From NCBI GenBank assembly GCA_036918135.1, contig JBALDB010000015.1, forward strand, positions 1 through 64,000: a DNA stretch of 64,000 bases, written 5' to 3'. This document shows positions 41,725-52,056 of this stretch, one piece after another (the stretch's first letter is position 1; the number at the start of each line of letters is the position of its first letter). The notes below the pieces were generated by a model. It did no database searches. It saw only the letters and a list, made by a program, of their open reading frames with translations, and had not been told where the DNA came from. The position numbers and the translations under genes were made by a program. The DNA comes from Nostoc sp. (lineage in GTDB: Bacteria; Cyanobacteriota; Cyanobacteriia; Cyanobacteriales; Nostocaceae).

Positions 41725-42130
41725 ATTTCACTGAGATTCTCAAATTACGATTAATAAAGTACTGTCTAAACATTTTTATTTTGACTATACCTAACTATTC
41801 AAGTTCCCCAACACTCTTATTTTCCTTGAAAAGTGTGATTTTCCGGAAAAAATTTGTTGATTAAATTTGAATTTTTAGTGAAGTTAATTTAAAGTTGACT
41901 TTGTTGCAATATAACAATTATCAAAAAATATAATATATTGGTAAACTAACGTATTTTATTCCATAAATTGAATGTCATAAAATGAGTTAATTACTAATAT
42001 ATTTTTCTCCAATAGTAAATTTAATTAAGACTTGAATTGTGATTTCAACTGCTGTAAATAATAACAGTTATTGTCAAAATTATCATCAGCACTATTAAGT
42101 TGTCAGACAGAGAATTAATTGGCAATCAGC

Positions 42131-43114
42131 TTAATTAAATGAGTTATTTTTTGTTTGGATTTGTTGAATAAAAAATTCTTCTAAAGACTGGCGGGACAAG
42201 TTCATGGCAATAATTTTACCCTCCATCAGACGAAGACTAGCGAGAAAATCATAGTAATCATCTTGTAGTGTACCTTGCCAGGAACCATCAGGCTCAAATA
42301 TGAAAGTGGATAGCCATTTTTTGAGAATTTCCCAGTCACCACCTTGACCTTTAACCTGATATGTGTTGTTTGCACCTAAAAGTTCATTCAGGGAACCAGA
42401 GCAAATTAATTCACCTTGAGCAAGGATCGCAATGCGATCGCAAATCTGTTCTACTTCACTAAGAATGTGGCTATTAAAAAAAATCGTCTTGCCCGCGGCT
42501 TTTAGAGCTAAGATAATTTCCCGCATTTGATAACGTCCCACCGGATCGAGACCAGACATTGGTTCATCCAGAAAAACCAACTCTGGCTCGTTAATTAGCG
42601 CCTGTGCCATGCCAACACGCTGTAACATTCCTTTGGAGTAGCGGCGCAGTAGCTTTTTGCGGGCATCAGCTTGGGATAAACCTACTAGTTCCAGCAGTTG
42701 GGGAATGCGTCGGCGTTGTACATTCTTAGGAATTTGGAATAACCCAGCTGCTAACTGTAAAAACTCCCAGCCAGTGAGATAATCATACAAATAAGGATTT
42801 TCTGGTAAGTAGCCAATATGTTGCTTAACATTGCGATCGCCAAGTGGCTTACCTAACAATAATCCCCGTCCACCAGTCGGACGAATAATCCCCAATAAAA
42901 GTTTTAAAAGGGTAGTTTTACCAGCACCATTTGGCCCTAGCAACCCAAAGGTTTCACCTTTGTAAACTTTTAAAGAACAGCTTTTAAGAGATACGACTTT
43001 TTGATTTAGCCAAAAACCAGTACGATACACTTTTCCCAACTCAGAAGTTAGGACTACTGGCGGCGTGTTTGTCATATTCAGTTGAGAATCAGGGTCATCT
43101 GCAACAGACTTCAT
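42131..43114 (-). CDS. ABC transporter ATP-binding protein
   Basis: GPNGAGKTT, YSKGMLQR, VFLDEP and NSH switch. Confidence 0.93.
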   Translation of the reverse strand: MKSVADDPDSQLNMTNTPPVVLTSELGKVYRTGFWLNQKVVSLKSCSLKVYKGETFGLLGPNGAGKTTLLKLLLGIIRPTGGRGLLLGKPLGDRNVKQHIGYLPENPYLYDYLTGWEFLQLAAGLFQIPKNVQRRRIPQLLELVGLSQADARKKLLRRYSKGMLQRVGMAQALINEPELVFLDEPMSGLDPVGRYQMREIILALKAAGKTIFFNSHILSEVEQICDRIAILAQGELICSGSLNELLGANNTYQVKGQGGDWEILKKWLSTFIFEPDGSWQGTLQDDYYDFLASLRLMEGKIIAMNLSRQSLEEFFIQQIQTKNNSFN

Positions 43115-43357
43115 CTCGGTTCAATCACCAATTAGCAGCTTGATATTAATTACAAGTTACCCGCTAAGCTGATAATAATCACTACCTAGTTTGACAATTA
43201 TCGCAAACTGGGGACTGGGAACTAGGGAGATGTCACAGATGAGGGAGTAGGGGGATTGCGGGAGTGTAGGAAAATTAAAAAAAGCTTCCTATCCTTCTCA
43301 CACTCCCTCTTTGACCCATCCCTCATAGCCAATGCCTTATAGCGCATTTGACTGCTT

Positions 43358-43993
43358 TCATAGAACGCCTTTAGAACTGGGAATTAGACCAGCACGACGA
43401 GGGTCGATTTCCACTGCTAGGCGTGTTGCCCTCGCAAAAGCTTTAAATGTCGCCTCAATAATATGATGGGAATTAATGCCATCGAGTTGCCGAATGTGTA
43501 GTGTCATTTGGCTATGATTCACCAATGCCACAAAGAATTCGCGTACTAGTTGGGTGTCATAAGTCCCTACGCGCTGAGTAGGAATTTGTAAACCGTAGCT
43601 CAGATGAGGGCGACCAGAAAAATCCAGCGCTACCTGAACTAAAGCTTCATCTAATGGGGCAAGGAAATTACCAAAGCGGACAATGCCTTTTTTGTCACCT
43701 AATGCTTGATTGAGAGCTTGTCCTAAGGTAATGCCTACATCTTCGTTGGTGTGGTGGTCATCAATTTCCCAGTCTCCCCTAGCTTGGATATCTAAATCAA
43801 TCAACCCGTGGGAAGCTATTTGATGCAACATATGATCCAAGAACGGAATACCTGTTGCTGCTGTGCATTTTCCTGTGCCATCAAGGTTGATGGTGATTTG
43901 GACATCAGTTTCTCCTGTGGTGCGATGAACAGTGGCAATCCGAGGGGTTTTAGTTAACTGGTCGTAGTTTGAATTAACTTTGGTAATTTGCAT
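43358..43993 (-). CDS. hisB: Imidazoleglycerol-phosphate dehydratase
   Basis: [21 protein letters not shown] and PSSKGVL. Confidence 0.98.
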   Translation of the reverse strand: MQITKVNSNYDQLTKTPRIATVHRTTGETDVQITINLDGTGKCTAATGIPFLDHMLHQIASHGLIDLDIQARGDWEIDDHHTNEDVGITLGQALNQALGDKKGIVRFGNFLAPLDEALVQVALDFSGRPHLSYGLQIPTQRVGTYDTQLVREFFVALVNHSQMTLHIRQLDGINSHHIIEATFKAFARATRLAVEIDPRRAGLIPSSKGVL

Positions 43994-43996
43994 AAG

Positions 43997-44134
43997 GATT
44001 GGGGAATGGGGACTAAGGACTAGGGACTGGGGACTGGGGAAGGTGGGGCCCCCTCTGGGGATAAGGGGTAATGGGGAATAGGGACTGGGGACTGAATTTT
44101 TCTTAGTAGCCAGTACCTAATCCCCAGTCCCTAA
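43997..44134. repeat. STRR heptamer array (GGGGACT/GGGGAAT-type) with an embedded GGGCCCCCTCTGGGGATAAGGG unit
   Basis: Tandem heptamers between fabI and hisB, with inverted CCCCAGT copies near 44120; related arrays at about 43208-43340. Confidence 0.85.
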
Positions 44135-44911
44135 TTACATTCCCATAATTTCATATCCTGCATCTACATACAGAACTTGTCCGGTAATGCCGCTAGACAA
44201 ATCACTACACAAAAAAGCCGCAGTGTTGCCGACTTCAAGCTGAGTGACTGTACGTCGTAAGGGAGCTACTTGCTCTACATGATGAATCATATCTAAAATG
44301 CCACCCACTGCTGAAGATGCCAAAGTGCGGATGGGACCTGCGGAGATGGCATTAACGCGGATATTTTGGGGCCCTAGTTCAGCGGCCAGGTAACGCACAC
44401 TCATTTCTAACCCCGCTTTGGCAACTCCCATGACGTTATAGTTAGGAATTGCCCTGACACCACCCAAATATGTCAGAGTGACGATACTACCTCCCTGTGT
44501 CATCAATGGTTTAGCTGCACCGCTTAACTGCACCAGCGAGTAAGTACTAATCTCTAAAGCAGTTTTGAAGCCAGAACGAGAAGTTTGGCTAAAATCTCCA
44601 CTCAAATCTTCTTTGTTGGCAAAAGCAAGACAATGAATCAAGATATCTAGCTTTCCCCACTTATCGCGTACTGTCTCAAAGGTAGATTGAATTTGTTCGT
44701 CATTTTGGACATTACAAGGAATAAATAAGCTAGGGTTCAGGGGTTGTACTAATTCGGCAACTTTTGTCTCCATTTTGCCGCGTTCATCGTGCAGGTACGT
44801 AATTCCGAGATTTGCTCCAGCTTTGTGTAGTTGTTGGGCGATGCCCCAGGCGATGGAGCGGTTATTAGCAATACCTGTAACCAGAGCATTTTTTCCAGTC
44901 AGATTCAGCAT
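44135..44911 (-). CDS. fabI: Enoyl-ACP reductase
   Basis: GIANNRSIAWGIA, YNVMGVAKAGLE and ISAGPIRTLA. Confidence 0.97.
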   Translation of the reverse strand: MLNLTGKNALVTGIANNRSIAWGIAQQLHKAGANLGITYLHDERGKMETKVAELVQPLNPSLFIPCNVQNDEQIQSTFETVRDKWGKLDILIHCLAFANKEDLSGDFSQTSRSGFKTALEISTYSLVQLSGAAKPLMTQGGSIVTLTYLGGVRAIPNYNVMGVAKAGLEMSVRYLAAELGPQNIRVNAISAGPIRTLASSAVGGILDMIHHVEQVAPLRRTVTQLEVGNTAAFLCSDLSSGITGQVLYVDAGYEIMGM

Positions 44912-45148
44912 AGAAATAGCTAATGCGATCGATGATTAGGAGCATACTAGAATCTGAGGCTAGTTTGTCTTTGTTTTACACAGGATTTGTAAAAATGAAT
45001 TATCGATCGGGATGTTTGTCATCACAAAATTCTTGATTTTTTCTAAAGATATTCTCAAGTTATCTTTATTTGTTCTTAAAAAAACTTTTTAATACAGCTA
45101 ATTGGAAGCGTTTATCAATAATTTATAACTGAATAGATCGACAATTAT

Positions 45149-45162
45149 GTATCATTATAAAC
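45149..45162 (+). promoter_or_regulatory. Imperfect NtcA box (GTA-N8-AAC) in the ntcA promoter
   Basis: GTATCATTATAAAC, resembling the distal autoregulatory site of Anabaena ntcA. Confidence 0.7.
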
Positions 45163-45188
45163 AAAGAGTTAGGAAGCAATTAGTTGGA

Positions 45189-45202
45189 GTATAGGAAAGT
45201 AC
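45189..45202 (+). promoter_or_regulatory. NtcA box (GTA-N8-TAC), ntcA autoregulation
   Basis: GTATAGGAAAGTAC about 95 bp upstream of the ntcA ATG. Confidence 0.85.
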
Positions 45203-45290
45203 AGAAAGATTGACGGTGCTTTATTGAATTTTCAGGTGTATTCTTAGGTAATCAGTTTTTGTTTTTCCGGCATTGGGTAGGGGAAGGGAG

Positions 45291-45962
45291 ATGATCGTGG
45301 CACAAGATAAAGCCCTAGCAAATGTTTTTCGTCAGATGGCGACCGGGGCGTTTCCACCAGTTGTGGAAACGTTTGAACGCAATAAAACGATCTTTTTTCC
45401 TGGCGATCCTGCCGAACGAGTTTATTTTCTTTTAAAAGGTGCTGTTAAACTTTCCAGGGTGTACGAGGCAGGAGAGGAAATAACGGTAGCACTGCTGCGA
45501 GAAAATAGTGTTTTTGGTGTATTGTCATTGCTGACAGGAAATAAATCGGATAGGTTTTACCATGCAGTTGCATTTACGCCTGTAGAATTACTGTCGGCAC
45601 CAATCGAACAAGTCGAGCAAGCACTAAAGGAAAATCCAGAATTATCAATGTTAATGTTGCGGGGTCTGTCTTCGCGAATTTTACAGACAGAGATGATGAT
45701 TGAAACTCTTGCTCACCGAGATATGGGTTCCAGGTTGGTGAGTTTTTTATTAATTCTTTGTCGTGATTTTGGAGTTCCCTGTGCAGATGGGATCACAATT
45801 GATTTGAAATTGTCTCATCAAGCGATCGCTGAGGCAATTGGTTCGACTCGTGTTACAGTTACTAGGCTACTAGGTGATTTGCGTGAAAAAAAGATGATTT
45901 CTATTCACAAGAAGAAGATTACTGTGCATAAACCCGTTACTTTAAGTCGGCAGTTCACATAA
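45291..45962 (+). CDS. ntcA: Global nitrogen regulator NtcA (CRP family)
   Basis: [23 protein letters not shown]... and [27 protein letters not shown] 45291 gives 223 aa. Confidence 0.99.
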   Translation: MIVAQDKALANVFRQMATGAFPPVVETFERNKTIFFPGDPAERVYFLLKGAVKLSRVYEAGEEITVALLRENSVFGVLSLLTGNKSDRFYHAVAFTPVELLSAPIEQVEQALKENPELSMLMLRGLSSRILQTEMMIETLAHRDMGSRLVSFLLILCRDFGVPCADGITIDLKLSHQAIAEAIGSTRVTVTRLLGDLREKKMISIHKKKITVHKPVTLSRQFT

Positions 45963-46130
45963 AAACAATTGGAGTTAGCGGAGTCGGCGCGTGTTGTGTT
46001 TTTCAAGGTCGCATTAATAGCTAAAGGAAAATCTAAAATTGAGTAATTTCAGCTATTGCCAACCTCCACTTCTCCACAGACAATGGTTAAAAGTAGTAGG
46101 CTGTATCTGGAAGGATTTCGGTAGCTAAAC

Positions 46131-47621
46131 ATGACCACCGGATACATCCTCATCGCAGCAATTTTAATTTTGGGAGGCGTAATTGCAACCGTGGGCGATC
46201 GCATCGGCACGCGAGTTGGCAAAGCGCGCCTCTCACTCTTTAACCTCCGTCCCAAAAATACCGCTGTACTAGTAACTATCTTTACTGGTGGTCTGATTTC
46301 AGCATCAACCTTAGGGATTTTATTCACTGCCGATGATAAATTACGGCAGGGAGTCTTTGAGTTAGAAGATATTCAAACAGACCTTAGGCAAAAGCGGGAA
46401 CAGCTAAAAACCGCAGAAACCCAGAAAAGTCAGGTAGAAAGTGAGCTAAATCAAGCAAGAATTGCCCAAGCAAAGGCACAACAAGACTTGCAAGCAATTA
46501 ATCAATCTTTGCAGGCAGCGAATGCCAAGCAAAGGGAAACCCAGGCGCAGCTCAACCGCACCATTAGCCAACAAGCTCAAACTCAAACTCAACTTCAACG
46601 CACTCAAGGGCAACTAGATCGAGTTGTCAGTCAGTACCAAAAAGCCATAGCAGAACTGCAAAGCGTTTACAATCAGAGAAAGGAACTACAGGCAGCAGTT
46701 GAACTACTAAAGACAGAACGTCAGCGACTGTATGCTGAGGCCAAAAAAGCGATTGATGAAGCCAAAACAGCTATACAAAAACGCGATCGCGAACTTGCTA
46801 ACCGCCAAGAAGCCATAGAACAGCGCGATCGCAAAATAGCCCAACTCGATCAATTGATTCAAAAGCGTAATCTAGAAATTACAGTTCGAGAACAAGTGAT
46901 TGCTAAACGGGAATCTCGCCTCAAAGAATTGGAAGGACAACAGGAGCAACTAGAACAAGAAGTTGCAAGGTTAGAAAAATATTATCAGTCTTACCAAGAC
47001 CTGCGTTTGGGTAAACTGGCCTTGGTTCGCGGTCAAGTTTTAGCTGCTGGTGTAGTTCGGGTTACCCAACCTGCTGCGGCTCGTGAGGCGGTGGTACAAC
47101 TTTTACAACAAGCTAATCGCAATGCAAATCTAGAATTAAGTGAACCTGGGACAAATTCTGCAAATGTAGAGCTTGTGCGCGTGACTCAAGAGAGAGTTGA
47201 GCAATTGAGCAAGCAAATTGAGGATGGTAGAGACTACGTAGTGCGAATTTTCTCGGCAGGTAATTACGTTAGAGGAGAAAAGCAAATAGAATTTTTTACC
47301 GATATAGCTCGCAATGAACTAGTTTTTTCTGGAGGGACTCAGCTAGCCACAACTACTGCTGACCCCAGAACCATGACATCCTATCAGTTACAGCAGCGAT
47401 TGGAACTACTGATTTCTGCTTCCCAATTTCGGGCGCGTAACGCTGGAATTGTCGAAAATGTGCAAGTAGATGGCACTTTTCTGCGTTTTGTCACCCAATT
47501 AAGGCAGTACAATCAAGCATTGGAAATTAAAGCGATCGCCGCAGAGGACACTTATACAGCTGGGCCTTTGAGAGTGAAATTAGTTGCAGTAGCCAACGGA
47601 CAAATTATTTTTAGTACTTAA
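46131..47621 (+). CDS. DUF3084 membrane-anchored coiled-coil protein
   Basis: GGVIATVGDRIGTRVGKARLSLFNLRPKNTA, long coiled coil, conserved position downstream of ntcA. Confidence 0.85.
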   Translation: MTTGYILIAAILILGGVIATVGDRIGTRVGKARLSLFNLRPKNTAVLVTIFTGGLISASTLGILFTADDKLRQGVFELEDIQTDLRQKREQLKTAETQKSQVESELNQARIAQAKAQQDLQAINQSLQAANAKQRETQAQLNRTISQQAQTQTQLQRTQGQLDRVVSQYQKAIAELQSVYNQRKELQAAVELLKTERQRLYAEAKKAIDEAKTAIQKRDRELANRQEAIEQRDRKIAQLDQLIQKRNLEITVREQVIAKRESRLKELEGQQEQLEQEVARLEKYYQSYQDLRLGKLALVRGQVLAAGVVRVTQPAAAREAVVQLLQQANRNANLELSEPGTNSANVELVRVTQERVEQLSKQIEDGRDYVVRIFSAGNYVRGEKQIEFFTDIARNELVFSGGTQLATTTADPRTMTSYQLQQRLELLISASQFRARNAGIVENVQVDGTFLRFVTQLRQYNQALEIKAIAAEDTYTAGPLRVKLVAVANGQIIFST

Positions 47622-47846
47622 AAAAGAATTCACAAGTACAGAATTCAGGAGTTAGAAGTCAGAATACAATTAGTGGGAGATTCAGCAAAAAGTCACCAGT
47701 AGCAGCTACCCCTTCTGGTTCTCCGTTCGTGTAGCATCTGGTAAAGTTGGAGTACTGCTATAGACGCACTGCTTCACCAGTCGCACAGAATTCCCTGAAT
47801 TCTAGCCCCTGAGTTCTGAATTTTTTCTTGTTATTTTAAATTACTT

Positions 47847-48299
47847 ATGACTTTCCGTGAATTTTTACCCACACAACCAGCGATTTTGGGTTTCGATCCA
47901 GGTCGAGATAAGTGTGGTTTAGCGGTGATGGGGCTGGATAGGCAACTACATTATCATCAGGTTGTGCTGGCAAAAGAGGCGATAGTTACCATTGAGACAC
48001 TATGTCAGAGATTTCCTATTTCCTTGATGGTGATGGGCAACCAAACTACAGCCAATCAGTGGAAACAGCAAATATCTCAAGAATTACCAGAACCGCTGAA
48101 TATCATTTTAGTAGATGAGCGTTACACAAGCTTAGAAGCACGCGATCGCTATTGGCAAATGTATCCACCCAAAGGGTTAATAAAACTATTGCCACAGGGA
48201 ATGCGACAGCCTCCAAGACCGATAGATGACATTGTTGCCATTTTGTTAATCGAAAGATACTTAAATCGCCTGACTGAATCAGCCAATTTGAGATTTTAA
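47847..48299 (+). CDS. YqgF/RuvX-like RNase H-fold nuclease
   Basis: ILGFDPGRDKCGLA, VDERYTSLEA and IDDIVAILLIERYL. Confidence 0.85.
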   Translation: MTFREFLPTQPAILGFDPGRDKCGLAVMGLDRQLHYHQVVLAKEAIVTIETLCQRFPISLMVMGNQTTANQWKQQISQELPEPLNIILVDERYTSLEARDRYWQMYPPKGLIKLLPQGMRQPPRPIDDIVAILLIERYLNRLTESANLRF

Positions 48300-48634
48300 A
48301 TTTTGGATTCAAGGATAAATTTCAAATCTAAATCTAAAATCTAACAATTTTGAATTAAATCTAAAATCGTCTTGGAAAGTGACGCTCCTGTGTTACAAAG
48401 TTCCAATCCGATAGCGCAGTTAAGCCGAGTCTTGTCTGCGACACGCTCTTGTGTTCCAGTGTCGGAAGCCTCTGTTACCTACTCTCAAGGAGTACGGCTG
48501 GTGATTTTGCGTTGCGTCGAACAGAGCTGCGCTAACAGATGTCTGACGACAAGCCGACCCAGCGTCTGTGTTAAAAGCTGACGCTGGTGACTTTATGCAA
48601 AATCTAAAATCCAAAATTTAATGGCTGCTAACTC

Positions 48635-48898
48635 TTAGAATTCTGCCCGAATAGTAAAGGCATAGTCTCCTCCAGGCTCTAACTGATAATCTTGTTTCTC
48701 TAAAAATCGACCGAGGGGTTCTTTAATTAAAGCGCGACCTTGGGAGGGCTTGACGGCAAGTTCTCCCCTACGAAAATGCCACTGGAAATGCCACTCAAAC
48801 TCACCTGCACTCACTTCACCCTCAAGGAAGCCGTGTTGCCAGGATTGGCGGGTAATTTTGACATGGGCAATGGTTTCTGGCAAACGTTTGGCACTCAC
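48635..48898 (-). CDS. DUF3146 family protein
   Basis: RLPETIAHVKITRQSW...PSQGRALIKEPLGRFLE, a conserved cyanobacterial protein. Confidence 0.8.
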   Translation of the reverse strand: MSAKRLPETIAHVKITRQSWQHGFLEGEVSAGEFEWHFQWHFRRGELAVKPSQGRALIKEPLGRFLEKQDYQLEPGGDYAFTIRAEF

Positions 48899-49450
48899 AA
48901 TGCTTTATGTCAAGTGTAGAATAACAGCCAATTATGTCGGCTATTTATTTTATTTACCAAACATAGCTGAAATAGACAAACTGACAAAATAGGTATTTGT
49001 AATTAAGGGAGTAGTGTTAATCAGCCACAAGACTGAGGATAAGGAAGTTACAGCTATTAATCCAGGCGGATTTAATAACCTAAAGGAACTCCAAGAAATA
49101 AAAACAATCACTTGAAGTTGGTGACTGATGAGAGGTAGTTGCTACCCTGCGAGTTCCGCGTTAGCGGTACTTAGCTGAGCGCAAGGGCGTACTGGCTCCT
49201 GTTAACTGTTGGATACGAGCAGGGGGATATTTTTTTATTAGTCCCTAAGTGGTTGATGTTTAGCTGTAATTTAATACGGGTTTCGTCTACAATTTTCATC
49301 GGTGGATGTGTATAGAATAGTTAACTCTTTAGTAGAGTATTCCCTCGTAGTCGCCCATATACTTATCCTAAGTCTAAGTACTAAGGAAGATTTCTAATGA
49401 ATCGCTACAAAATCAGTGATTAGCTGATTCATAATTGGGGGCAGAAAGCT

Positions 49451-50329
49451 ATGACTAAAAGCATGGAAACCAAACAGCTAGGAAAAACTGGTATCTTTGT
49501 GAGTGCGATCGGTTTGGGTGGTATGCCAATGTCAATCTCTAATCGCCCTCCCGAATCAGAATCAATTCAAGTGATTCATCGTGCTTTAGATGTGGGTATT
49601 ACTTTTATTGACACTGCCGACTCTTACTGCAAAGATGAGTCAGATAAGCATCACAACGAGCGGCTAATTCACAAGGCACTTGCTAGTTACGAAGGCGATA
49701 TCAGCCAAGTGATTGTCGCAACCAAAGGTGGTTTAATGCGTCCCAATGGTAACTGGACACGCAATGGTAACCCAGAACACTTGCGTCAAACGATTAGAGT
49801 CAGCTTTGAAGCTTTGGGTGGCGCTAAACCTATTGATGTCTGGCAGTACCATGCCCCGGATAATAATTACACCATTGAAGAATCACTTACAGCAGTCAAA
49901 GAAGCAGTAGAAGCAGGTTTGATTCGGTTTGTAGGAGTTTCTAACTTCTCGGTTGAACAAATTAAGCGGGCGCAGGATGTAGTAGATATTATCTCAGTAC
50001 AGAATCAATACAGCCCTTGGGAACGACAGCCAGAAATTAACGGCGTATTGGAGTATTGCGAACAGCAAGAATTAACCTTTTTACCTTGGAGTCCCTTTGG
50101 TGGTAAGCGTCGCCATCAGGACTTAGAAGATATCCCAGCGATCGCTCAGTTGGCTAAAGAAAAAGGCCTGTCAGTGTATAATATCGTTCTGGCGTGGTTG
50201 CGCTCAAAGTCGCCTGCTATTTTGCCTATTCCTGGTGCTAGTAAAATTTCCAGCATTGAAAACTCAGCAAAAGCTATCAATGTAAAACTATCTGATGAAG
50301 AAGTGCAAAAAATTGATCGGGCAACTTAA
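49451..50329 (+). CDS. Aldo/keto reductase
   Basis: IGLGGM, FIDTADSY, ATKGG, GVSNFS, VQNQYS and PIPGASK. Confidence 0.93.
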   Translation: MTKSMETKQLGKTGIFVSAIGLGGMPMSISNRPPESESIQVIHRALDVGITFIDTADSYCKDESDKHHNERLIHKALASYEGDISQVIVATKGGLMRPNGNWTRNGNPEHLRQTIRVSFEALGGAKPIDVWQYHAPDNNYTIEESLTAVKEAVEAGLIRFVGVSNFSVEQIKRAQDVVDIISVQNQYSPWERQPEINGVLEYCEQQELTFLPWSPFGGKRRHQDLEDIPAIAQLAKEKGLSVYNIVLAWLRSKSPAILPIPGASKISSIENSAKAINVKLSDEEVQKIDRAT

Positions 50330-50368
50330 TCAATATTCCAAATAAATACACTTGGGAAATGCTTTATT

Positions 50369-50400
50369 AACCTGGTTTATTAAAAAAACCGGGTTTTTTA
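50369..50400 (+). terminator. Putative intrinsic terminator after the aldo/keto reductase
   Basis: AACCTGGTTT...AAACCGGGTT stem followed by a T-run. Confidence 0.5.
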
Positions 50401-50467
50401 GCAAGCAGACTAGCCATTAAATTAAACTTGGCATGGTGCTATCATCCCAGTAATTAAACTAAAATTT

Positions 50468-51295
50468 ATGCAGCTAATTTCTATAACCAATAGATTAAAG
50501 CACATGGTGAAAGTATTTCTACTACTTTCCCTCTTTTACTGCCAAAATCCAGTAGAGGCACAACCACAGGAAAATACCAAGCTTCTACCATTTTTTGATA
50601 ATGTAGATAACCCAGTTACTGTTCGTTTTCCTCCAGGACAAAAGGTCGATATCACACCACCACCACCGCAGCTAAATTCTTTTGACGAAGCTGTATTAAA
50701 AATTTGTGGGACTATTGGTACAAGAGTAAGTGCTAATAATTTTAAACAATTATTATCTTTTTATCCAGATGTTGTACAAAAAGTTCAACAAGCTAGCGGC
50801 GGTGAACTGCGTCCGGGACGGAAGAATAAAGTACAATTTGTCGAAGATTTAACTAATATTTGGTTCAAACGTCACGGTTTTGAACATATATTTTGCGGCG
50901 AAATCTATAATGCTAATGATATTGGTGGTTTACATTTTTATGGCAGATATTTACAGTTACAAAATGAGGGTATAGGAGGACGCTTACCAAATAATCAAGG
51001 GCGAGAGGAAGTTATTCCTGGGATTATTTATACAATGGGTGTAGTGATTAAGCAAAAAAATCGTACAGTCACAGATGTCATTAAAGGCTATGGCTATCTT
51101 AGCAATGCCGAAGAAATACTTTTAGATGCCACCAAAATATTTAAATTCCAAGGAAACAATGAGGGTTCGTGTATTTCTAATATTCGCGATCGCCAAACAG
51201 GTAAATCCTTTCCTACAGTTTTTGTCAGAGAAGAAAAAGCAATTATTACCTATTATCCTGATGCTACTCCTCAAGGTGCAAAATGTAGAAGTTGA
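50468..51295 (+). CDS. Secreted EndoU-family (XendoU-like) ribonuclease
   Basis: Signal-peptide-like N-terminus (…PVEA/Q); GFEHIFCGE and GGLHFYGRY His motifs; C-terminal IITYYP. Confidence 0.8.
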   Translation: MQLISITNRLKHMVKVFLLLSLFYCQNPVEAQPQENTKLLPFFDNVDNPVTVRFPPGQKVDITPPPPQLNSFDEAVLKICGTIGTRVSANNFKQLLSFYPDVVQKVQQASGGELRPGRKNKVQFVEDLTNIWFKRHGFEHIFCGEIYNANDIGGLHFYGRYLQLQNEGIGGRLPNNQGREEVIPGIIYTMGVVIKQKNRTVTDVIKGYGYLSNAEEILLDATKIFKFQGNNEGSCISNIRDRQTGKSFPTVFVREEKAIITYYPDATPQGAKCRS

Positions 51296-51392
51296 ACTAG
51301 GGATTGGAAACTGAAGACTATTATAAAGCTTAAGTAATTAACACACTCTTTTAATATCTACAAATAGCCTGTAATAAGCGGATAAAAAAGAA

Positions 51393-51944
51393 ATGAAATT
51401 AGAAACAAACCGCTTGCTAATGCGTGAGTTTGTAGCGGCAGATTGGCAGGCTGTTTTTACCTATCAATCTGACCCTTTATACTTGCTTTATAGTAACTGG
51501 ATACATCGTACACAGAACGATGTCGGGGAGTTTGTCAAGATGTTTATTAATCAACAAAAAGAGCTACCACGAACAAAGTTTCAGTTAGCTATTATTCTCA
51601 AACAAGAAAATCGACTCATTGGTAATTGTGGTATCCGCGTTAATGACCTAGAACTGAGAGAAGCAAACATCGGTTATGAACTAAACCCTGAGTATTGGGG
51701 ACAAGGTTATGCAACAGAAGCAGCAAAGGCCATTTTAAAGTTCGGCTTTGAAGAATTACAAATGCATCGTATTTGGTCTTGGTGTGTTGCAGAAAATATC
51801 GCTTCTTTTAAGGTACTAGAAAAAATTGGTATGCGTCGTGAAGGTCATCTGCAAGAAAAAGAGTTAATTAAAGGTAAATGGTATGACAATTTTCTTTACG
51901 CTATCCTCGATCGCGAATGGAAAACATCGCAGCTGTCTAAGTAA
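51393..51944 (+). CDS. GNAT N-acetyltransferase (RimJ/RimL type)
   Basis: LETNRLLMREF, IGYEL..YWGQGYATEA and NIASFKVLEKIGM. Confidence 0.92.
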   Translation: MKLETNRLLMREFVAADWQAVFTYQSDPLYLLYSNWIHRTQNDVGEFVKMFINQQKELPRTKFQLAIILKQENRLIGNCGIRVNDLELREANIGYELNPEYWGQGYATEAAKAILKFGFEELQMHRIWSWCVAENIASFKVLEKIGMRREGHLQEKELIKGKWYDNFLYAILDREWKTSQLSK

Positions 51945-52054
51945 GTCGGTGCAGCAAAACCAAACTGTGTAAAGAAAAGTAAATAAGACTCAAACTCTTT
52001 CTCCCCCTGCTCCCTGCCCTATCCGAACAATAATTATTTGCGCCGACCTACTTA
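51938..52054. mobile_element. 117-bp MITE, 14/16 TIR, TA ends
   Basis: TAAGTAAGTCGGTGCA and TGCGCCGACCTACTTA; overlaps the GNAT stop codon. Confidence 0.75.
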
Positions 52055-52056
52055 TA

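Noticed and set aside
42131..43114. ABC ATPase as the exporter of the NRPS product
   Set aside because: It belongs to the conserved fabI-hisB-ABC-wza run, has no adjacent permease and is over 20 kb from the NRPS.
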